A stretch of 64,000 nucleotides of DNA. It comes from a virus. Taxonomy: Duplodnaviria; Caudoviricetes. How positions within the stretch are numbered: position 1 is the first letter of the stretch; the number at the start of each line of letters is the position of its first letter. Location: positions 8,096-72,095 of the IMG/VR virus record IMGVR_UViG_3300030620_000005. One strand, 5' to 3'. This document shows positions 26,374-33,553 of this stretch, in pieces. The notes beneath the pieces were generated by a model. It was given only the letters and a program-made list of their open reading frames with translations, made no database searches and was not told the origin of the DNA. The translations under genes were made by a program, and so were the position numbers.

Positions 26374-26515
26374 AAGGCGAAGGGTATCCGCTAGCACACT
26401 GTGCTGCAATGTTCAACTATGTTGACCGGACCAGTGAACCTAATGGTCAGGCGCTCGGAGAGGGCGGCGGAGGGGGCGCCGGACGCCGCTTCTTATTGCA
26501 ACTGCACACGCTTGC

Positions 26516-29500
26516 TCACCTCCCTCCCGGGTGGACACGACGCGACAGCATCCGCATCACAATCCGTACCGCATCACGCTCGGTCTGCTCCTGCGAGCGG
26601 CCCCACGCAACCGTCGGCCGACCAGCCGCCACCAGCGCCTGCGGCTCACCCGACGCGACACGGGCCCGCATCTTCGGCACCGGGAACCCCGGCACATTCA
26701 CCGCCAGCAACCCCACCAGCCGAAGCTGCCCCCCGATCCGCCGCCAGTCCCCACTGACCTGGCCCGCGGCCTGAAGCTCGTACACCTTCAACGGATCAGC
26801 GCCCGGACGGACCGCGCCCGCGACCCAGATCCCGTGCGCGTCGTTACCCACCGCGACATCGGCGACCGCAGCACCCGTGTTGTCGTAGTGCTCCGCCGCC
26901 GGAGACGCACCCATGTGCAGCGGCGCATGCCCCGTCCCCACAGTGATCTGACCGACCGCCACCCGGCTGCCGTCGTCGCACTTCACCTCACCGGTGCGGT
27001 AGTACGGGTGCTGCTCTTCGTGCGGCGGCTGCACACACACACCTTCCTGCCCGATGTGGCAGGACCCCCACTGCGCGGCATGCCCATAGATCCGGCCATC
27101 ATCCGTCACCGTGATCGGCGTGGGCAACGACAGGCCCGGGTCAGTGAACCAGGCAGTCGGCGGCGCCCATACCGAGCCGGAGGCGGCCAGCGCATGCACG
27201 GACCGAAACGGCTCCGGCTCCCGCCCGGCGTCCCGCAGGTGCGCGGCGACGTGGTCGTACACGCCACGCCGGTCCGCCTCCGGGATCGACGTGCCGCCGC
27301 GGGCGCCGTGCAGGGCGCCGATCGACGCAGAGCAGGCGGCCAGGTTTGCCGCGCCCACGGTGCCATCTGCGCTGATCTCGTGGTGCAGGAATTTCGCCGC
27401 GGACTTCGCCAGTTCGCCAGCCTCGACCGCGTCCCCGTCGTACCAGCCGTACGCGGCCCGCGCCTTGGCCAGCGTCAGCGGCGAGTCGATGCGCTTCTCG
27501 TTCGCGCCCGCGTCCCATGGCTCGTCGGAGGTGGCGGTGTCGTGGGTGCCGACCGCGCCCATCTCCTGCACCGCCAGCGCCAGGACAGCGGTCTCACCGA
27601 CCGGCTGGCCGCCGGCGACGATGGCACCCTGCTCGTCGAGGAGCGCGACGTACGCCTCGGCGAACGCGGGAATGTCGACCAGGGTTGCGGCCCTGATGCG
27701 GCCGCCGTGGAAAATCATCTTCTCGGGCTGCGCGAACAGCATCTCGAACAGATCGTCCTCGTCGCCTTCACCGGCGCCGGCGTTGACGTCGTCGGGCCAC
27801 ACGAACTCGACGTCGGCGTCCGCGATGGAGTCGGCGTCGATGGAGACACCGCGAAGGAACTCACCCTTGAGCTTGTCGTAGGCGCGGCGCCCGTTGTCGT
27901 CGGAGAGGTCGATGACACCAGCACCCATGATCTTGTTGTCGTCGCGCCATATCCGGTCGATGCGGCCGACGTTGACGGCTACGGTGTGGGGCTCGCCGCC
28001 GTGGGAGTCCTCGATGTTCCAGCGCAGCGGGACGGGCAGGTCAGCCCACTGCAGGGCGCCGGGGGCGAACTCGCGGCCGTCGCCGGTGACGATGCCTTCG
28101 ACGGCGAGGACGCCTTCCCACGGGGCCGTGTCGCCCGCGTAGTCGAGGCCGCGCTCGTCGTCGTCTTCGTCGTCGCGTTGCATGCGGTCGCCTTCTTCGG
28201 CGTACAGGGCGGCCTGCTGCTCCATGGCTTCCGCCTCGGTGGCGTGGCAGCCCATGAGTTCGTCGGTCATTTCCTTGATGACGGCCCACGGCGTATCGGC
28301 GCCGCAGTCCGGGTGATCCTGCTGGACGCGATACGGCATCGTGCCCTCCATGTTGGTGGTCTGGTGGGGCATTGTGTCCGCGTTCGCAGACAAGATCATT
28401 CCGGCGGCGGCTTGCTCGTCCGCCTGTGGCCACACCGTCACGAGGGTGCCGCGACAGCGGGAACCGCCGAGGCAGTTGATGTAGCCGCCCGACGGGTACG
28501 CGGTGCGCGCATCGGGCAGCGTGGTGTAGCGGGTTCCGTCGATGTCCCGGCAGGGCTTGCACGTTCGGCCCGGTTCGAGAATCTCGGTGGCTGTGTACTC
28601 GGCTGGCGGCGCGACTGCGAGGACGGCCATGCGGCCTTCGTTCTGCGCCGCGGACATGGCCGCACCCACCTGCTCCTCCACCGCAGCACCCGACAGCCCG
28701 GTGAGATGCTCGTCCACCTGGCCCGCTACCTGCGATGGCGAGCCGGAGCCCCACACGCGCATCGCCTGCCGCACCGCGGACTGCACCAGGCCGACGCCGA
28801 GGACGCTGGCTGCGGTGCGGCCGATCTGCCGCAGCCGGTCCCGGATCGCCGCGGCGGTCAGCGCCTCATCGTCGAGGGACCATTCGGGAATGTCGACGCC
28901 CTGCGCTTCGGCCTCCGCCTGCTGCTGCTCGCCTGCCTCCCGCGCGTAGGCGATCATGCGGGCGATGAGGAGGCGCGCCCCGTCCTCGGTGTCGACGGTC
29001 AGTCCGTCGAGCAGGTCCAAGTTGTCAGCCTCCGCCGCGGCTTGGATGCTGGCGGTGATCTCGGCGCGCATCGCCTCCTGCACGCTGGCCCACGCCTCGA
29101 CCGTGCCGTCTACGGCTTCGTGCCAGGCCTTGTCCATCTGCGTGAAGTCAGCGCGGGACGCGAGTTCGAGTTCGGTGGGCTGGCGGCGCAACGGACCGGC
29201 CGCCGCGGTTCGAGCGGTGGTTCGTGTGCGGCCGGTGACGCGGACGGGGACACCGAGTTCGGCAGCGAGTCCTTCGGCGGCCGTGCACATCGCGTCCAAG
29301 AGCAAGGCGCCGCCGCGGTTGGTCTCCACCTCGACATGGACGACGTCCTCGTCCCACCTCGGGGTGAGGACGCGGGCGGAGGCGGTGACGTCGCCGCCGA
29401 GGGGGATGTCAGTGTGCTCCCCGGCGAACGCCACGCGGACGCGGTCGAAGGTGACCGACCCGAGGCGCTCCTCCAACGCGATGATGAGATCCAGCTCGTC

Positions 29501-29956
29501 GGAGTACGCGGCACAGATGCGCGGCTGCCAGGGCGTGTACTGGTCGGGAAGGTTCTCCGCGTCGAGGACGTTCGCCACCGAGTAACGGGCGGCGTCGTAG
29601 GCGTTCGCCAGTGCAGGTGCTACGGCCGGGCGGCCGTCGCCGCGATCGTCGCCGACGGCCCACACCCACGACGGGGAGTCGCCGTCGGAGTTCCAGTGGT
29701 TCGCGCCGAAGATCCGCGCCTCGATGGGCTGCCCGATCCAGTTGGCGTAGTCGGCGACTTGGTCGATGAGAGCGCGCCGCTCTTCGTCGGTGAACACGCT
29801 GCCGTCGTCGCCGAGGAAGTACAGCGTGCAGTGCAGATCCTCGGCAGCCTCGCCGCCCTCGATCGCCAGCCGCGCCGCGTCCTCCGGCGTGGGCATCAGC
29901 GCAATCATCGCGCCAGAGGTGTGCGAGCCGTCAGCGGCGGCCGTGAGCGAACCCAT
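26516..29956 (-). CDS. Polyprotein: 2H-phosphoesterase-like + MuF-like minor head + two prohead protease domains
   Basis: LHCTL...PWQPRICAAY; CKPC...CLGGSRCRG; SHGG...RGVSID; TGHAP...QVSGDW. Confidence 0.85.
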   Translation of the reverse strand: MGSLTAAADGSHTSGAMIALMPTPEDAARLAIEGGEAAEDLHCTLYFLGDDGSVFTDEERRALIDQVADYANWIGQPIEARIFGANHWNSDGDSPSWVWAVGDDRGDGRPAVAPALANAYDAARYSVANVLDAENLPDQYTPWQPRICAAYSDELDLIIALEERLGSVTFDRVRVAFAGEHTDIPLGGDVTASARVLTPRWDEDVVHVEVETNRGGALLLDAMCTAAEGLAAELGVPVRVTGRTRTTARTAAAGPLRRQPTELELASRADFTQMDKAWHEAVDGTVEAWASVQEAMRAEITASIQAAAEADNLDLLDGLTVDTEDGARLLIARMIAYAREAGEQQQAEAEAQGVDIPEWSLDDEALTAAAIRDRLRQIGRTAASVLGVGLVQSAVRQAMRVWGSGSPSQVAGQVDEHLTGLSGAAVEEQVGAAMSAAQNEGRMAVLAVAPPAEYTATEILEPGRTCKPCRDIDGTRYTTLPDARTAYPSGGYINCLGGSRCRGTLVTVWPQADEQAAAGMILSANADTMPHQTTNMEGTMPYRVQQDHPDCGADTPWAVIKEMTDELMGCHATEAEAMEQQAALYAEEGDRMQRDDEDDDERGLDYAGDTAPWEGVLAVEGIVTGDGREFAPGALQWADLPVPLRWNIEDSHGGEPHTVAVNVGRIDRIWRDDNKIMGAGVIDLSDDNGRRAYDKLKGEFLRGVSIDADSIADADVEFVWPDDVNAGAGEGDEDDLFEMLFAQPEKMIFHGGRIRAATLVDIPAFAEAYVALLDEQGAIVAGGQPVGETAVLALAVQEMGAVGTHDTATSDEPWDAGANEKRIDSPLTLAKARAAYGWYDGDAVEAGELAKSAAKFLHHEISADGTVGAANLAACSASIGALHGARGGTSIPEADRRGVYDHVAAHLRDAGREPEPFRSVHALAASGSVWAPPTAWFTDPGLSLPTPITVTDDGRIYGHAAQWGSCHIGQEGVCVQPPHEEQHPYYRTGEVKCDDGSRVAVGQITVGTGHAPLHMGASPAAEHYDNTGAAVADVAVGNDAHGIWVAGAVRPGADPLKVYELQAAGQVSGDWRRIGGQLRLVGLLAVNVPGFPVPKMRARVASGEPQALVAAGRPTVAWGRSQEQTERDAVRIVMRMLSRRVHPGGR

Positions 29957-31727
29957 TGGAACTCCGGTGGGAGACGGTGGTCAGAAACCCGGTCGTATCC
30001 AGATGCGGGGACAGCCGGCCGATCGTGAGCTGCCCGAACGCAGACAGTCGCGCCTCGTACACGCCGGACGTGCCTGGTCTGGGCAGAGTCGGGAGCTTGA
30101 CCGCGGCGTGTGTGAACGGGCAGGAGTAGGCGTGTGTTGAGCACAGTGCGGGGTGGAGGAGTTCGGGCGGCCGACCGGCGGCGAATCTGACGGCGTGTAG
30201 GGCTTTTGCTTGTTGGGCCATGCGTTCGTCGCGGGCGCGTGCTGCTTCGGCGCGCGCGGCTTCGGCGGGTGGTGGTTCGCTGGGTGTGTCGGGCGGTGTC
30301 CGGTCTTCTGGCTGATCCGTCTCCGGCTCGGTGGTCTGGCCGGGGCGCGCGGCGGCGACGGGTTGGATGGTGACTTGTTCGCCGGTGAGTTCGGTGATGG
30401 CGGATGGGGCTCCGGTGGGGAGGGTGTGGATGACGATCTTGAGGGCTTGTTCCTTCAGCTCGTCGTCGCTGGGTTTGTCGGCTTCGGTGAAGCCGGTTTC
30501 GCGGCGGAGTGCGTCGCCGTTGATTTCGAGGCGGTCGTAGAGCTGGATGGCGTCTTGGCTGCGGTCGGGGCGGAGGGTGAGTTCGGACATGTCGTACCAG
30601 ACGACCCAGCTCGCCCAGTCTTCGACGCGGGAGGCTTGAAGCCGGGGCTGGAGGTAGCCGGTGGTGAGGGCTTGGGCGATGAGTTCGGCGTCGGGGGCGA
30701 CGTTGACTTTCAGGTTGGTTTCGTCACTCAGCCAGCCGTTCCAATGGTTCAAATCGGACATGCCGAGCAGCACTTCGGGTGGGATGTTGAGCTGCGAGGC
30801 GAGGCGTTTGATGGCGCTGTCGCGCTTCTCGATGATCTTGTCGTCGATGCGCAGCGTGAAGTCGAGGTGCTGGAACTTCCCGATCAGTTCTTCCGGCACC
30901 TTGATCGGGATTGGCACGATGGCTGCCGCTGTCCCTGGCGTACGGATCGCCTCAGCAGCGAGCTCGATCCACTCGGCCACGAACGGGTCCGGCGCGTCAG
31001 CGAACTCTTCTCGCACCGGGAAGGTGGCCTCGGACGGAATGAACCACACGCCAGCGCTGGCAAGTCGGCTGAGGTACTGGCTGATGATGTGCCGGTTCAC
31101 CAACTCCAGCTCGCGCATGGTGGTGCGGGCCGCGCGGGCGGGGCTGTCGGCAACATGGTGGTAGCGCTTGTTGGGGCGCCATACCCGGATGGGGGCCATG
31201 GAGTCGGGGGCGAGGGGGCGCCAGTTGTAGCCGTCGCGGGGGTTGTTTTCGTCGATGACTTCGTAGTGGCCGCGTGCTGCGCGTACTTCGTCGATGGACC
31301 GGACAGCCCACTTCTCGATGCCGCCCACGTTTTCGACGATGACGTAGCCCTCACCGGGGACTGCGAGTTGGGTGCCGAGGCCGTTCATGATTTGGGCTTG
31401 TCCGGCGACGCCTCCGGCGAAGGTGGTCATCAGCTCGACGGCGGTGCCTGCTTCGGCGCGTACGGGTTCGTCGGCTCCGGGTTCGAGTTTCGCGGCGTAG
31501 AAGCGGATGCGGGAGAGCATGTTGGCTTCCCAGTCGGCGGCGTATCGGAATTCGCCGAGGTCTGAGTAGTACTGCCAGGCTTCTTCTTGCCAGGTGTCGG
31601 GGGTGCGGATGAGTTCGGTGCGTGGGTTGGTGACGGGGGCTGCGGCGGCGGTGAGGGCGTTGGGTTGTGTGGGCGCGTGCGGGATGGGCGCGGCGCTTCG
31701 TCGGGTGAAGGCGTGCCACCAGGCCAT
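29931..31727 (-). CDS. Portal protein
   Basis: WQEEAWQYY...GEFRYAADW, IRVWRP, NHWNGW; located between terL and the head maturation gene. Confidence 0.9.
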   Translation of the reverse strand: MAWWHAFTRRSAAPIPHAPTQPNALTAAAAPVTNPRTELIRTPDTWQEEAWQYYSDLGEFRYAADWEANMLSRIRFYAAKLEPGADEPVRAEAGTAVELMTTFAGGVAGQAQIMNGLGTQLAVPGEGYVIVENVGGIEKWAVRSIDEVRAARGHYEVIDENNPRDGYNWRPLAPDSMAPIRVWRPNKRYHHVADSPARAARTTMRELELVNRHIISQYLSRLASAGVWFIPSEATFPVREEFADAPDPFVAEWIELAAEAIRTPGTAAAIVPIPIKVPEELIGKFQHLDFTLRIDDKIIEKRDSAIKRLASQLNIPPEVLLGMSDLNHWNGWLSDETNLKVNVAPDAELIAQALTTGYLQPRLQASRVEDWASWVVWYDMSELTLRPDRSQDAIQLYDRLEINGDALRRETGFTEADKPSDDELKEQALKIVIHTLPTGAPSAITELTGEQVTIQPVAAARPGQTTEPETDQPEDRTPPDTPSEPPPAEAARAEAARARDERMAQQAKALHAVRFAAGRPPELLHPALCSTHAYSCPFTHAAVKLPTLPRPGTSGVYEARLSAFGQLTIGRLSPHLDTTGFLTTVSHRSSNGFAHGRR

Positions 31728-31762
31728 TTCGTCTCCCGCGTTCCCTGTGGGTGGGTCTGCGG

Positions 31763-31798
31763 GTGACGGTAGGCACTAGCCGGGGAAGATCATTCCGG
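31763..31798 (-). promoter_or_regulatory. Late-promoter motif copy
   Basis: CCGGAATGATC-N15-CTACCGTCAC upstream of the portal gene. Confidence 0.75.
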
Positions 31799-31816
31799 GC
31801 GTGGGACGATGACCGC

Positions 31817-32275
31817 ATGGCCCACACCCAGAACTTCACCGGCGTCCTCGCCGTCCTCCACAAGGCCACATCCGACGGGCGACGCCTCGACGACCCGAAC
31901 CCGGAACTCACCTGCCCCCTGCCGATCCCTCTCATGACGGAAGACGGCAGCCCTGCTGGCCGCATCGACCGCGTGTGGCGCGACGAGGACCTGATCCGCT
32001 ACAGCGGGCGCCTTCTCTCGGAAACGGCTCAGGCACTCGTCGACGCCAAGCTTGTCGTGGGCAATCTCGACGCCTACGCAGCGCAGTGGGACAACCGATA
32101 CAAGGGCCTCGTCGTGGACGACGGTGTGCCTCTGGACGCCGACCCGTCCGACTTCGAGATGATCGCGCACGACTGGCTCATCGCAGGCGCCACGCTGGGA
32201 CCGTCGTACAGGAAGGCGTGGCCGGAAGTGTCGCTCACCTTGGACGACGCCGATCCGCAGCACGGTGAGGCATGA
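31817..32275 (+). CDS. Stand-alone paralog of the prohead protease domain lacking catalytic His/Ser
   Basis: FTGVLAV..ATSDGR..LPIPL..GRIDRVWRD..IAGATL aligns by eye with WEGVLAV..VTGDGR..LPVPL..GRIDRIWRD..IRAATL of the polyprotein. Confidence 0.75.
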   Translation: MAHTQNFTGVLAVLHKATSDGRRLDDPNPELTCPLPIPLMTEDGSPAGRIDRVWRDEDLIRYSGRLLSETAQALVDAKLVVGNLDAYAAQWDNRYKGLVVDDGVPLDADPSDFEMIAHDWLIAGATLGPSYRKAWPEVSLTLDDADPQHGEA

Positions 32276-32304
32276 CCGAGCAGGAAGCCTAACTGATCAT
32301 CCGC

Positions 32305-32514
32305 ATGGAGATGGCCTTCGCGGACGAAGGCATCGGACCGAAGCACCTTGTCGTGGACGGCGAATACGTGATGCCGGACAAGGCAGACAAGGAAGTCCGG
32401 AGCGAAGCCGTCCGGGTGGCTGGGCATCTGTTCGACGAGCACTACGACCTGTGGGACATCGGTCTCGTGCCGGACGAGGCGCACTTCCCCCGCTGCATCA
32501 AGCATCGCCACTGA
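32305..32514 (+). CDS. Small acidic hypothetical protein
   Basis: 69-aa ORF with natural composition. Confidence 0.55.
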   Translation: MEMAFADEGIGPKHLVVDGEYVMPDKADKEVRSEAVRVAGHLFDEHYDLWDIGLVPDEAHFPRCIKHRH

Positions 32515-32734
32515 GCATGTGAGGGAGCCGCCTGCGGAACGCCCGAACGCAGACGGCCCCCACCCCACCACAAGAGCCCGGGGGGAACCGGCCCTCACCG
32601 TCACCATCCCACGCCTGAGACCGCACCCATTCCGAACGCGCGAGAGCCGCCTGCCCGTACCCCTACGGCAGACGGCACCAGACGAGGCCCATGCTCTGGC
32701 GGGCGGGCCTCGTACCCATGACGCGCCCCAGACG

Positions 32735-32932
32735 CTACGCCCACGCCAACTCGGCCGGTTCCATCATCGGATCGGCATCCGCCTCGTCCAGCCAAAAATC
32801 AAGATGCGGCTGGCAGAGAAAAACACTGTGCCCGTGATAGAGCCCCAGCCTGGCGACAACCGGCCCGCAGTCAATGTGATCCGGAGCCACGCACGGGCAT
32901 CCCGTACTGGTGTGATCGTGGAGGCACTTCAC
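32735..32932 (-). CDS. Small Cys/His-rich protein
   Basis: GTG 32932 overlaps the upstream stop; CPC...C...FLCQPH. Confidence 0.55.
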   Translation of the reverse strand: MKCLHDHTSTGCPCVAPDHIDCGPVVARLGLYHGHSVFLCQPHLDFWLDEADADPMMEPAELAWA

Positions 32933-33105
32933 GCCCGCTCCTGCTCCCGCCGCGAAGAGCCCTCGGCGCCCCAACCGCGCGGCGGCCGCGCGTCAGACGT
33001 CTCGTTGAAGTCGTACTTGTAGTAGTAGCCCGCACCAGCAGTGATCAGGTGTCCCGTCTCGGGATCGATGCGCGGCGCCCGGTAGTACCGCTTCTCAATC
33101 GGCAT
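32929..33105 (-). CDS. Small hypothetical protein (58 aa, absent from the ORF track)
   Basis: MPIEKRYYRAP...; coupled to the downstream gene. Confidence 0.5.
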   Translation of the reverse strand: MPIEKRYYRAPRIDPETGHLITAGAGYYYKYDFNETSDARPPRGWGAEGSSRREQERA

Positions 33106-33114
33106 GCCCAGATC

Positions 33115-33549
33115 CTAAGCCCACTCCTGCGCCGCGAGCAGCGCCCCGACCGCCCACACCGCAGGCCACACCAGCAACGGCACCGGCAGCCCCACCGACG
33201 CCCACACACCGCCCGTCACCGCGAGAGCCACCCAGCCGGACGCGCACCACGGGCACGACAGCAACTCCGCCAACCAGAACGGCGACCGCTTCCACCGACG
33301 GGCATAGATCTGCAACTCGCCATCAACCAGGCTGAACATGCCTAGACCCCGGACGTTCTTCAGGACGCCCTCGTCGACTTCGCCTGTCGGGAACGCCTCG
33401 TGGTGCTGCTCCTTCATCGTCGGCTCACGCCAGCCGCCGACGAGCCGGTCACGCAGCCACAGCACGGGCGGAAAAGTGTCGGCCACAACGAGCCGCGTAA
33501 GCCGGTACACCGCGAGCGACATCACGAGCAGCAGCAACCAAGTCTCCAT
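33115..33549 (-). CDS. DUF1360-like membrane protein
   Basis: LAVYRLTRLVVADTFPP...LSCPWCASGW; ATG 6 nt after TACGTT. Confidence 0.78.
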   Translation of the reverse strand: METWLLLLVMSLAVYRLTRLVVADTFPPVLWLRDRLVGGWREPTMKEQHHEAFPTGEVDEGVLKNVRGLGMFSLVDGELQIYARRWKRSPFWLAELLSCPWCASGWVALAVTGGVWASVGLPVPLLVWPAVWAVGALLAAQEWA

Positions 33550-33553
33550 GCCG

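Noticed and set aside
29971-30006. Additional late-promoter copy before the polyprotein gene
   Set aside because: A CACCGT -10-like hexamer is present, but there is no CCGGAA at the conserved distance
26531-30028. Very long plus-strand ORFs (for example 1165 aa here; also 14126-15733, 24400-26352, 55864-58440, 61992-63743)
   Set aside because: Antisense shadows of genuine high-GC genes; Arg/Gly/Val-rich with no motifs
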